In this document: one piece after another, positions 1 through 8,924 of the stretch
How the letters are laid out: each line of letters starts with the position of its first letter
Numbering within the stretch: position 1 is the stretch's first letter
NCBI GenBank assembly: GCA_040771865.1
Contig: JAXGZF010000003.1
Span: 496,001 to 560,000, forward strand
Origin: Desulfobacterales bacterium
Lineage (GTDB): Bacteria > Desulfobacterota > Desulfobacteria > Desulfobacterales > UBA2245
Direction of reading: 5' to 3'
DNA: 64,000 nt
The notes under the pieces: generated by a model
Told to the model about the DNA's origin: nothing
Seen by the model: only the letters and a program-made list of their open reading frames with translations
The model's database searches: none
Position numbers and translations under genes: made by a program

Positions 1-454
1 TGTTGATCACCCCGCCAAGGGCTGATCCCCAGGCGGATGAGGCCGCGCCCTTGTAGATTTCGATGCGCTCGATATTTTGAACGGAGATGAGCGACAGATC
101 GGCGATGGGATTGGCCAGAAGATTCATCGGAACCCCGTCCCTGTAAACGGCCACATGCCGGGGCTCGGATCCCTGAATGCGGGCGGTGAGGTTCCATCCG
201 ACGCCGAACTGGGAATCCACGTACATTCCCGGAACATACTGAAGCGCTTCGGCGACCGTTGCGACAGGCAGGGCCGCGATCTCCTCGGCGGTGATCACCG
301 AGATGTTGGCGGCCACATCGGATTCCAGGGCTTTTTCCCGGGTCGCGGTGACCACCAGGGGTTCAAGAGTCGCCGGTTCCCCTCCCACCGCCTGGGACGG
401 ACAGCATAAGAAGGCGTAGAGCAAAACGAACAGGGCGTTACAGCTCCTCCTCAT
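1..454 (-). CDS. TonB-dependent receptor, N-terminal part (signal peptide + plug domain); runs off the window edge
   Basis: Not in the ORF track; hand translation from ATG 454: MRRSCNALFVLL...EPLVVTATRE...NISVITAEEI...EALQYVPG...IERIEIYKGAASSAWGSALGGVIN, classic TonB box and plug motifs. Start overlaps the end of the upstream regulator. Confidence 0.9.
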   Translation of the reverse strand, partial: MRRSCNALFVLLYAFLCCPSQAVGGEPATLEPLVVTATREKALESDVAANISVITAEEIAALPVATVAEALQYVPGMYVDSQFGVGWNLTARIQGSEPRHVAVYRDGVPMNLLANPIADLSLISVQNIERIEIYKGAASSAWGSALGGVIN

Positions 455-1781
455 ATCGTTTCACCTTTTCGATAAGGGTTTTCCGGCTGATGCCCAGAAT
501 TTCCGCGGCCTTAGTTTTGTTGTTGCCGCTTCGCTTCAGGGCCAGTTCAATGTAAAAGCGTTCCATATCCTTAAGGTTCAGATCCGATAAGGTTTGCTGG
601 CTCGGGCTTTCCACATGAAGCTGCCGGGTGGTGATCAGAGACCCCGTGCAGGTGATCACCGCTCTTTCGATCACGTTGACCAGTTCCCGGACGTTTCCCG
701 GCCAGTCATAAGCCATCAGGGTCAGCATCGCGTTTTCGGAGAAAGTTTCCGCTGGCCGGTGAAAGGAACGGGCAAAGCGTTTCAGATAGTGTTCGGCGAT
801 CAGGGGGATGTCCTGCTTTCTTTCTCTCAGGGGAGGGATGTGGATGGCAAATACATTGAGCCGGTAAAACAGATCTTTTCGAAACCGGCCCGAAGCGGCC
901 TCTTCCTTGAGGTCTTTATTGGTGGCGGCAATGATGCGGAAATCCGATCCCAGCGTGCGGCTTCCTCCCACGCGCTTGAAAGTTCCGGATTCAAGCGTCC
1001 GCAACAGCTTGGGCTGGAGATAGACTGGCGATTCGCTGATTTCATCCAGAAACAGGGTGCCCTGATCGGCCAGCTCGAAAAGGCCTTTCTTCAAGGCAAC
1101 CGCGTCGGTAAAGGCCCCCCTTTCATGGCCGAAGAGTTCGCTTTCCAGAACGCCTGAAGAAAATTCCGAGCAGTTGACCGCGAAAAAGGGCTTGTCGTTT
1201 CTTGGACTCAATTCGTGAATGGCTCTGGCCACAAGCTCCTTGCCTGTGCCGGTTTCTCCTTCGATTAAAACGGTGATCGAAACTCCGGCCACCTGGCTCA
1301 CGGCTTTCTTGACCGCCTCGATGGCCGGGGACCGGCCGATGAAAGAGGAAAACGCCTGATTCCGCGCATGGTGCTCTTCCCTCAGCGTGTTCAGCTCCTT
1401 GAGTGCATGCCGTTTGGCCAATGCCTCCCGGACGGTGGCCCAGAAAAGCTCCAGCCGGTTTGTCAGGGGTTTTTCAAAATAATGAAAGGCCCCCTTCTTG
1501 ACCGCCTCGATGGCGTTTTCCGTGGAACCGAAAGCCGTGATCAGGATAAAGGGAATTTCCGGGAATTCGTCCTGAACCTTATGGAACAGATCCGTTCCGG
1601 ACATGCCCGGAAGCCGGACGTCGCATATGATCAGATCGACCGCTTTCGAGCGCAGGACGTTCCATGCTTCCTCGGCAGAAGCGGAAAACAGCAGATTGAA
1701 TTGGTCGGCCCCCGGAAGCGTTCGGAAGAGCTCCAGGAAAGAGGCGTTGTCGTCTATGATGAGGATTTTTGAAGATAACAT
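438..1781 (-). CDS. Sigma-54-dependent response regulator (REC-AAA+-Fis HTH, NtrC/AtoC family)
   Basis: REC (IIDDN, CDVRLPG), Walker A GETGTGKE, ESELFGHERGAFTDA, LFLDEI, WPGNVREL, C-terminal NKTKAAEILGISRKTL. Confidence 0.95.
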   Translation of the reverse strand: MLSSKILIIDDNASFLELFRTLPGADQFNLLFSASAEEAWNVLRSKAVDLIICDVRLPGMSGTDLFHKVQDEFPEIPFILITAFGSTENAIEAVKKGAFHYFEKPLTNRLELFWATVREALAKRHALKELNTLREEHHARNQAFSSFIGRSPAIEAVKKAVSQVAGVSITVLIEGETGTGKELVARAIHELSPRNDKPFFAVNCSEFSSGVLESELFGHERGAFTDAVALKKGLFELADQGTLFLDEISESPVYLQPKLLRTLESGTFKRVGGSRTLGSDFRIIAATNKDLKEEAASGRFRKDLFYRLNVFAIHIPPLRERKQDIPLIAEHYLKRFARSFHRPAETFSENAMLTLMAYDWPGNVRELVNVIERAVITCTGSLITTRQLHVESPSQQTLSDLNLKDMERFYIELALKRSGNNKTKAAEILGISRKTLIEKVKRYEEEL

Positions 1782-1832
1782 TTTGCCTTATTAGCAAAAA
1801 AACGGCCTGCTGTCATTATAAAAGCAGCAAAG

Positions 1833-1894
1833 TGTATCAAAATGTAACACTCTGATTCGCGTCAAAAAGGGCCAAATTGTAACCAAACGAAACG
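1833..1894. promoter_or_regulatory. Two candidate enhancer-binding-protein sites (UAS)
   Basis: TGTATC-AAAAT-GTAACA (1833-1849) and TGTAAC-CAAAC-GAAACG (1878-1894): similar imperfect palindromes upstream of a sigma-54 motif. Confidence 0.5.
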
Positions 1895-1932
1895 GTTTTG
1901 AAAAACCAGGCCGTAAAATGGGGCTGTAGAAA

Positions 1933-1948
1933 TGGAACGGTAATTGCT
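1933..1948 (+). promoter_or_regulatory. Sigma-54 (-24/-12) promoter
   Basis: TGGAAC-GGTAA-TTGCT with exact GG-N10-GC spacing, next to an NtrC-family gene. Confidence 0.7.
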
Positions 1949-1999
1949 TATAAGAAAATTCAAGTCATCATGTGCGGTGTGCGCGTATTTGCCGTCTAA

Positions 2000-2144
2000 C
2001 AGGGTGTTGAAAAACAAGAATCAGGCAGCCAGGCAAGGCGCGCGGCGATATGACAAGCGCAGCATATTCAAGCATATGTGTGAGCATTGGCGGAAGCCGC
2101 GCAACACTGAATGGCGGCCTCAGACGCGGTTTTTCAACAGCCTG
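2000..2144 (+). mobile_element. MITE-like palindromic repeat, copy 1 (145 bp)
   Basis: Ends CAGGGTGTTGAAAAAC / GTTTTTCAACAGCCTG; flanked by direct repeat CTAA (1996-1999, 2145-2148); three more copies in the window. Confidence 0.9.
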
Positions 2145-2168
2145 CTAAACCCAAGAAGGATTGCCAGC

Positions 2169-2603
2169 ATGGAGCCGGATGCCGGTTGGAAAATGCATCG
2201 AACCATCTTACTCGCGGATGATGAGGAGATGGTTCTTCAGGTTTTCACGGCGATGCTCGAACATCTGGGCTACAGCGTGCTATGCGGTCGAAACGGCGCC
2301 GAAGCTTTTAGAATTTTTCAAAAGAACCCTCAAGCCATCGATCTGGTGCTCACCGACTATTATATGCCTGAAATGAGCGGAGCGGACCTGGCCAGAAGTA
2401 TCCGCAGGCTGGGATCCGATGTGCCCATTGTCCTGATTACCGGGCTGGGTTTCGACCTGCCTAGCGGATTGATTTCATCCATCAATATCGCCCGAATGGC
2501 GATGAAGCCGATCGATATGAATTCCATGGCCGAAATCATTCGAACGGCCCTGGATTCTCGAACCGGAAATCGTTTGAAAACCAATGCCCGGACCGACGGG
2601 TGA
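2169..2603 (+). CDS. Single-domain response regulator (REC)
   Basis: ILLADDEE, LVLTDYYMPEMSG, LITG, MKP; AAGGA RBS before ATG 2169 (alternative start 2193). The longer track ORF from 1944 merely reads through the MITE. Confidence 0.88.
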   Translation: MEPDAGWKMHRTILLADDEEMVLQVFTAMLEHLGYSVLCGRNGAEAFRIFQKNPQAIDLVLTDYYMPEMSGADLARSIRRLGSDVPIVLITGLGFDLPSGLISSINIARMAMKPIDMNSMAEIIRTALDSRTGNRLKTNARTDG

Positions 2604-3792
2604 CAAGGAGCGATTGCAGAAATTGAACCACCGTTTGAAAGATTCTGAAAACATGCTGATTTTCGGCGTAAACTGGATGCCGGTTCCGGCTTTTGCGGTT
2701 GATGCCGCAGGGCGCGTCATCGCCTGGAACCGCTGGATGAGAGAACTGACGGGAGTCGAAGCGCCGGAGGTCATCGGCCGGGGCGATTTTGAATATGCTC
2801 TGCCGTTTTACGGCGAACGCAGGCCGATTCTGATCGATTTTGCGTTGTCGTCCGACCGGAAGGATCATGAGGCGGGCTATGTGTTTCTGCGGAAAGAACC
2901 ATTTCAGTTTATTGCGCAAACCTATGCGCCTTTCGTCAAAAAGGGTCCCGGGCGGCGCGTTCTGTGCCGCGCCAACCCCGTATACGACGATCATCGGAAA
3001 ATCATCGGCGCCGTGGAAACCGTCGAGGATGTAAGCGCCTGTTTCACGTCGGCTGTTCCCCAGGGCGCCTCGATGCCGGAAGGCGTCTGGTCCGCGCAGG
3101 CCGATTCCCCTCAGCCCTGTTCCGGCGGTCCGGTTTTTCAAGACAGGGAGGATGCTTTCCGTTGCAAGGTGCAAAAGGTTCAGGAGGACGAAAGAAAACG
3201 CATCGCCCGGGATCTGCACGATACGGTTCTGCAGCAGCTGGGAGCGGCCAGACTCAAACTGGGGTGCGCATTTGAAAACGATCTTCACAACGAGCATGTT
3301 GCGTGCGTGGCGGCCATGGTTCAGGAAAGCATCGATGAACTGAGAAAGATCATTGAAAATTTACGGCCCGCGGAACTGGATCATCTGGGAATATCCGAGG
3401 TCGTCAAGCGTTGCTGCAAGGAATTTCAAAACAATTATGCGGGCGTTTTCGTGGCGTCCTCAATCGATGTGGACGAATGGAAGATTTCCAATGACATGAA
3501 GATCGCCATATACCGGATTGTGCAGGAGGCGCTGAACAATATCGCAAAACACAGCCGGGCCGATTTTGTTCGAATCGGCCTTTGCCGCAGGGACGAGGGG
3601 TTTGAGCTGGTTGTCGACGACAACGGCGTGGGATTTGATCCGGACAGCATACTGCCCCCGGCTTCGGGAAGAAGAAATCTCGGTCTGATCGGCATGAAGG
3701 AGCGCGCCGAACTGCTGGGCGGAGATTTTAACGTTTGCGCCTCGCCGGGAAAAGGCGCCCGGATCTGCGCCCGCTGGCCGCAGAAAAAATAA
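2584..3792 (+). CDS. Cytoplasmic PAS sensor histidine kinase (HisKA_3, NarX/UhpB-like)
   Basis: PAS (GRVIAWNRWMRELTG), H-box EDERKRIARDLHD, QEALNNIAKHS, DDNGVGFD, LGLIGMKERAELLGG; no TM helix seen. Confidence 0.92.
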   Translation: MPGPTGDKERLQKLNHRLKDSENMLIFGVNWMPVPAFAVDAAGRVIAWNRWMRELTGVEAPEVIGRGDFEYALPFYGERRPILIDFALSSDRKDHEAGYVFLRKEPFQFIAQTYAPFVKKGPGRRVLCRANPVYDDHRKIIGAVETVEDVSACFTSAVPQGASMPEGVWSAQADSPQPCSGGPVFQDREDAFRCKVQKVQEDERKRIARDLHDTVLQQLGAARLKLGCAFENDLHNEHVACVAAMVQESIDELRKIIENLRPAELDHLGISEVVKRCCKEFQNNYAGVFVASSIDVDEWKISNDMKIAIYRIVQEALNNIAKHSRADFVRIGLCRRDEGFELVVDDNGVGFDPDSILPPASGRRNLGLIGMKERAELLGGDFNVCASPGKGARICARWPQKK

Positions 3793-4039
3793 TCCGGCGT
3801 TCATTTGAAACATGAAAATGCTGTCCGTATTCGCAACGCGGCGCCGTGTCACTCGATTTGGAAAACAAAATGGTCAACCGCCATGGCCGGAGCCAGTCGG
3901 GCTTGCATGCAGGGTTAGACCCATGGCGCAAGGCCCGCTTTTTTTTGGACGTGCGGCCGCAGCCGCCACACTGAAATCAATGGATCGGGTTCCACCCAAT
4001 TTTTTGTTTTTATACAATATCTTCTTGAAAGGATTTGCG

Positions 4040-5104
4040 ATGAGAAAACTGTTTCCTTTGATGGTCATGGTTGTTCTGTTCGGGTTTATATCCATCGTTC
4101 ACGCACAGGTCGAGGTTCAATGCCTGCCAATGACCGAATTTGTGCGGGGTGCGGGTGACCCTGTCTTGAGCGCACCAATTTCATTTCCCGGCATCGCCGG
4201 ACCGGCAACTTTAAAGGTCTACAACGGAGCCGTTGACGGAACCGATACGACCGAAAGAGTGAGCAGCTCGAAAGTCCTGATCAACGGAACCGACGTCCTC
4301 GGGCCTGAAAATTTCAACTCGGCAGTTTCAAACCTTCAAACCGAAATTGTTTTGAATGAAGGCCAGAACACGATTTCGGTTGAGTTGCGAAGCAAGCCTG
4401 GCGGGAAGATAAGGGTTGAGATTGTTCAGATGGTGGAAGCTGAAGCCGCGGGTTTCATTTCACCAAGTGGTGGAATAGTTGAGGTTTCAGATCCGAGCAG
4501 TTTGTTATATAAAACAAAGGTCTATATCCCTGAAGACGCCGTAGAAAACTATCCTATATTGTCAATTGAAAAAGATACGAGCAATATTTCCCCGCCAAAT
4601 GATAATCCTGTGATCAGTGAGCCTATTGAAATTAACTGCACCGAAGAAATTTTAAAAAGCTTGCTTATTGTTTTACCTGTAAATATTGATCTATCCGCAG
4701 AGGATGAGATTTTTATAACATATTATGATGAAAATAGAAATTTATGGGGTAGGCAGCCCATATTCAGTATGGATATTAAGGCGAACACTGTATCGTTTAT
4801 AGCCCTGCATTTGACAACACACTGGGTTCAAAAATTTCATTCAGACGAAAGTTATCCTTCTAAATCATCAACCGGATTTAATTATTACAGAGACAGATTT
4901 AATGAGGACGTTTCGAATTCGACAGGATATCTATCCCGACCAGATAGGATAACGCTCCTTGAGAGTTGGTTTTGGTCGCAATATCAAAAAACAATAGTCC
5001 AAGTTTTCTTCACCGGCACATTATCCGTCTGCTTTTTAAATATCCTCGTATTATGTACACGCTTCTCCAAATTCTTTAAAAAGTCAGCGCTTGTATCTTC
5101 ATGA
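4040..5104 (+). CDS. Secreted protein, intact N-terminal part (signal peptide, beta-rich domain, ZU5-like domain); probably the 5' part of a disrupted larger gene
   Basis: AAGGA RBS then MRKLFPLMVMVVLFGFISIVHA; GFISPSGGIVEV...KVYIPEDAV resembles ZU5-like modules; sequence turns AT-rich after about 4500 and the tail after about 4930 looks out of frame. Confidence 0.6.
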   Translation: MRKLFPLMVMVVLFGFISIVHAQVEVQCLPMTEFVRGAGDPVLSAPISFPGIAGPATLKVYNGAVDGTDTTERVSSSKVLINGTDVLGPENFNSAVSNLQTEIVLNEGQNTISVELRSKPGGKIRVEIVQMVEAEAAGFISPSGGIVEVSDPSSLLYKTKVYIPEDAVENYPILSIEKDTSNISPPNDNPVISEPIEINCTEEILKSLLIVLPVNIDLSAEDEIFITYYDENRNLWGRQPIFSMDIKANTVSFIALHLTTHWVQKFHSDESYPSKSSTGFNYYRDRFNEDVSNSTGYLSRPDRITLLESWFWSQYQKTIVQVFFTGTLSVCFLNILVLCTRFSKFFKKSALVSS

Positions 5105-5434
5105 CTGCTGGTCAAAGTTGATATCTATTTCCTATTAGGTGAAGGTTTCTACTTATTTAACGGATTCACCAGAAAATCTTTGATTGATAGATTAAATAAG
5201 CGTGAGCCAACTGTTTTGGGTCCAGGGCGATCCACGCAATATAGTTGTCCACGTATGATGGTGACGAACCACCATTTAGACAGTAAACTATCCGGAAATT
5301 GGTTCTCCAGTAACAATAAATCCGAAAAGCTTTTGCCATGGTTGAATATGACATTAATGTCAGGCGGGACCATCTACAGAATTTGGCATTTTTCTATCTT
5401 CAAGGCGCCTGATAATGGTGCCCAGATGTTTCAG

Positions 5435-6176
5435 GCACCGGCCTCATCCCGTGCCGGCCAGACCATCACCAGCACTCGGCGAGGATCGATACAAAACCCG
5501 CTCTCTACCAAGCTGCATGCCAACGGAACGACCTGCCGGTCGGCCCACACATGGTTGGCATAACCTTTTGATATGGAGGTCCAACAGCGATGGCATCCAT
5601 TCAGCAACCCCATGACGCCGATAATACCTATACCTGGTACGACAGCAACCCCGGACCAACGGCTTACAGACGCCTCACGACCCGATTACGCAGCTCAATG
5701 CTGCCAATTTCGTGGTTCGACTGGCGCCTGCCCACTATCAAGGAGCTTTCCATGCTGGTGCGTGCGGATCTTATCCAGAGCCGACGATCAAAACGTATTC
5801 GAACACAAAGTCGTGCAATTGGTCGTCTACTACCAATGCCTAATACGATTTTGTCGATATTTCGCCGGCGCTCCGGCTCGGCTTTAGTCCTATAAAGCGA
5901 CCGAGCGCGCCGGATAATCGACTTCTTCCAATCTAATTGACAACGGCGACGGACGGTGTCCGATACTGTCACCGGGCTGTGCAGCAGGAAGCCGGCGCCA
6001 TGACATGGGAGGCGGCCCTGGCATTGAAAATCTGCAACTTGGCCACGATGATTGGCGCTGCTCAACGCAACGAGCTGCTCGCTCGTCGATTATTCGCAAT
6101 ATGATACCATCGATTCGCGGCGTTTCCGGCGCTCTATCCCCTATTGCGCTCTGTATGTCATATTACGGACAACGCA
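5435..6176 (+). pseudogene. Fragmented tandem DUF1566 (Lcl C-terminal) domains
   Basis: Motif pieces in shifting frames: HDADNTYTWYDSNP, DWRLPTIKELSMLV, WSSTTNA, DNGDG/TVSDTVTGL, MTWEAALA, HDDWR. Confidence 0.8.
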
Positions 6177-6339
6177 ACGATCGTCTGATCGCCCTTCAGT
6201 GCTTCCAACGCCACTTTGGCCTTGAATGCCGGTGCATGATTTCTTCTCGGCCTCCTGCTCATAATCGCTCCTTTTTCTCGTTCATTATAGAGCAGTTTTC
6301 ACACTTATGCACCTGTCCAGTTTTCCCAGACCAGCTCTA
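6158..6339 (-). mobile_element. IS3-family remnant: left end plus truncated orfA
   Basis: End sequence AGAGCTGGTCTGGGAAAACTGGACAG, TATAAT box, AAGGAG RBS, then ATG 6262 MSRRPRRNHAPAFKAKVALEALKGDQTI, a typical IS3 OrfA start, cut after about 30 codons. Confidence 0.85.
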
Positions 6340-6550
6340 TGAAATGGCGGCCGTTTGCGTTGCCGGCCGGGAACATTTTCATGATATACGGTGTTTTCAA
6401 CAAATGCTGAAAGCGTTGAATTGAATGAAAAGGTTAAGATGCCGTGTGGTTTGAGACGCTCGGGCATCATCTTGAGTCTGCCGCGACAAGGAACTTGACA
6501 AATAGAGTTGCAAATAACATACATTATATGTAAATATCATTAAAACCGCA

Positions 6551-7732
6551 TTGATTAAGGCGATTTTTGTGAAAGAATATCCGCACATATCGTTTCAAAA
6601 AAACTGGATTCTGTCCGAGGAGACGATTTACAGGCTGGGGCAAAGCGAATGCCTTGTCCAGTCCATCGCTTCCATGCCGCTCATGCCTGAAAACAGGAGG
6701 CGTCTGTTGAATGTATCGCTGAGAAAAGGGGCTCGCGCCACCACGGCGATAGAGGGCAACACGCTGTCTGAAGCGGATATTGAAAAGATGGCGGCCGGAG
6801 AGAAGCTTCCGCCAAGCAAGGAATATCTGCGAATCGAGGTGCAGAATATTCTCGACGCTCTGAATGGAATACGCGACGAGGTTATTCAGGGCGGAAAAAG
6901 CGCTGTTTTATCCCCGGAACTGATTCAGAATTTTCACCGAATGGTCGGCCGGAATCTCGGCGGTCATTTTCAGGCAATCCCCGGCAGGTTCCGCGAATCG
7001 GGGCATAATGTGGTTGTGGGGGCCTATCGCCCGCCTTCGGGGGAAGACGCGCCGGCGCTGGTCCGGCAGTTTTGCGGCTGGATACGAAGCGAATTCAAAT
7101 ATGAAGCGGGCGAACAATCGTTCAGGGATCAGATCATTCAGGCCATCGTTGCGCACGCATACCTTGCCATGATTCATCCCTTCGGGGACGGAAACGGAAG
7201 AACCGCAAGACTCGTTGAATTCTACATTCTGCTGCGCGCGGGCCTGCCGGACATCGCCTCGCATATTTTATCAAACCACTACAACGACACCCGAACCGAA
7301 TATTACAGGCAGCTCGATCTTTGCGTGAGAAACCGAGACCTGACCGGGTTTATCGAGTATGCCGTCCTCGGGTTCCGCGACGGCCTGAACGAGGTTCTGG
7401 ACGTTGTTCAGAAGAATGCATTGGCGATGTCCTGGCAGAATTATATTTACGAAAAGCTGGACGCCCGGTCCGCCGCCGGCAAGACCCGAGCGGTCGTAAA
7501 AAGACGGCAGATCTTCGCCCTGGCCTTCCCTGTCGACAGATGGGCATCGATTGACGATCTGATCAGCGAAAAGGGGACCCTGGCCATGTTGTATGCCGGA
7601 AAGTCAAGGGCCACTCGAATGCGCGACATCGAAGAACTTGAAAGCCTCGGCCTCGTCGTCCGCCAGGGAAGGAAATTCAAAGGCAATATGGAACTGCTCA
7701 AGGGGTATATGCCGATGCGCAGGAAGAAATGA
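6551..7732 (+). CDS. Fic-domain protein with C-terminal winged-HTH-like region (start may be GTG 6569)
   Basis: Canonical HPFGDGNGRTAR motif; N-terminal inhibitory motif TTAIEGN. Confidence 0.93.
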   Translation: MIKAIFVKEYPHISFQKNWILSEETIYRLGQSECLVQSIASMPLMPENRRRLLNVSLRKGARATTAIEGNTLSEADIEKMAAGEKLPPSKEYLRIEVQNILDALNGIRDEVIQGGKSAVLSPELIQNFHRMVGRNLGGHFQAIPGRFRESGHNVVVGAYRPPSGEDAPALVRQFCGWIRSEFKYEAGEQSFRDQIIQAIVAHAYLAMIHPFGDGNGRTARLVEFYILLRAGLPDIASHILSNHYNDTRTEYYRQLDLCVRNRDLTGFIEYAVLGFRDGLNEVLDVVQKNALAMSWQNYIYEKLDARSAAGKTRAVVKRRQIFALAFPVDRWASIDDLISEKGTLAMLYAGKSRATRMRDIEELESLGLVVRQGRKFKGNMELLKGYMPMRRKK

Positions 7733-7817
7733 TCGGCCGGCCCCGACTTGCGGAAGGGCGCATTCGGACATTTCCGAAAGCCGAAACAATCCAGCGGTCG
7801 CAGATCGGTTGCAAAAG

Positions 7818-7852
7818 AAAAAAAGGGGCTACAGCATCGACTGTAACCCCTT
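7818..7852 (-). terminator. Intrinsic terminator after tRNA-Val
   Basis: Minus strand AAGGGGTTACAG-TCGATG-CTGTAGCCCC followed by a T-run. Confidence 0.8.
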
Positions 7853-7860
7853 GATATTAT

Positions 7861-7935
7861 TGGTAGGCGGTACTGGATTTGAACCAGCGACTTCTACCGT
7901 GTGAAGGTAGCACTCTCCCGCTGAGTTAACCGCCC
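7861..7935 (-). tRNA. tRNA-Val(CAC)
   Basis: GGGCGGTTAACTCAGCGGGAGAGTG-CTACC-TTCACAC-GGTAG-AAGTCGCTGGTTCAAATCCAGTACCGCCTACCA; cloverleaf with T-loop GTTCAAAT and encoded CCA. Confidence 0.97.
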
Positions 7936-8216
7936 TTTTTGTTGCTGTCGACGATTTCCTTGAGTTCCTTGCCCACCTTGAAAAAAGGAAGTTTTTTGGA
8001 TGGAACCTGGATCTGCTCTCCGCTCTTGGGGTTTCGACCGACATAGGGTTTGTAATCCTTGACGGTAAAGCTTCCGAAACTTCGAATTTCAACGCGATCG
8101 GAATTGATCAGGGCGGATTTGATTTCATCGAAGAAGACGTCAAAAACCCTTTCGGCGTCCTTACGGCTCAAGGATGCTTTGTTTTTCAGCGCATTGATCA
8201 GATCCGATCGATTCAT
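7926..8216 (-). CDS. ihfB: Integration host factor subunit beta / HU family
   Basis: MNRSDLI...RVEIRSFGSF...GRNPKSGE...PFFKVGKELKE; AAAGGAG RBS. Confidence 0.85.
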   Translation of the reverse strand: MNRSDLINALKNKASLSRKDAERVFDVFFDEIKSALINSDRVEIRSFGSFTVKDYKPYVGRNPKSGEQIQVPSKKLPFFKVGKELKEIVDSNKKGG

Positions 8217-8312
8217 TGAAACTCCTTTAAGCATAAGTTGTCTTCGGTTTCTTATTCAGCGGCGTTAAAGCCGATGAACGAATTAGTTCATACTGAATTT
8301 CAGCAACTTAAG

Positions 8313-8924
8313 TCAAGTGTTTTTTTGCGGGTCGTCATCCGGCCGGTTCATGTCCGTTTCCGGGACTCCGGCGGGTGCGGCCGGCGGCGGATCGCCGAAA
8401 GCCTGAATCTCATCGGGCGTGGGCAGGTCCTTGAGGCTGTTGAGCTCGAAGAGCTCCAGAAAATACCGGGTTGTGCCGTAAATCATGGGGCGGCCGGGAA
8501 TGGATTTCCGGCCCATGATGCGAATGAGCTTTTTTTCCAGCAGAATGCGCAGCACCCCGCCGCAGTCAACCCCCCGAATATATTCGATGTCCGAACGCAT
8601 GACAGGCTGCCGGTAGGCGATGATCGCCAGGGTTTCCAGCGCCGCCTTGCTGAGGCGTCTGGGCGAAGGCTGCCTGAGCCGGCGAATCCACTCGGCGTAT
8701 TCGGGCCGGGTGCGAAGCTGAAAACCGTCGGCAATCCGGCGCAGTTCAAAGCCGCCTTTCCGGGTTTCGTATTCCCGGTCCAGATCGTTGAGCGCTTCTT
8801 GGACCGGCCCCGGATCATTGAGGCTGAGCGTTTCGCAGATCCGCTGGATGGTCAGAGGACCGTCGGAGACGAAAAGCAGGCTTTCGACGATGTGCTTGAT
8901 CTCTTCTTCCATTCCCGGGCTCAT
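8313..8924 (-). CDS. scpB: SMC-Scp complex subunit ScpB
   Basis: IVESLLFVS, LSKAALETLAIIAYRQP, IEYIRGVD, PGRPMIYGTT. Confidence 0.96.
   Translation of the reverse strand: MSPGMEEEIKHIVESLLFVSDGPLTIQRICETLSLNDPGPVQEALNDLDREYETRKGGFELRRIADGFQLRTRPEYAEWIRRLRQPSPRRLSKAALETLAIIAYRQPVMRSDIEYIRGVDCGGVLRILLEKKLIRIMGRKSIPGRPMIYGTTRYFLELFELNSLKDLPTPDEIQAFGDPPPAAPAGVPETDMNRPDDDPQKNT

Noticed and set aside
1944..2168. N-terminal extension of the REC protein (219-aa track ORF)
   Set aside because: It starts at a TTG inside the sigma-54 motif and runs through the MITE; the RBS and domain start are at 2169-2193.
5435..6176. Diversity-generating retroelement acting on the DUF1566 domains
   Set aside because: No reverse transcriptase, no Avd and no adenine-specific TR/VR repeat pair in the window; the damage is deletions, not A-to-N substitutions.
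3800..7860. Intact prophage or integrative element at tRNA-Val
   Set aside because: No integrase, phage or conjugation genes, and no duplicated att copy of the tRNA 3' end found.
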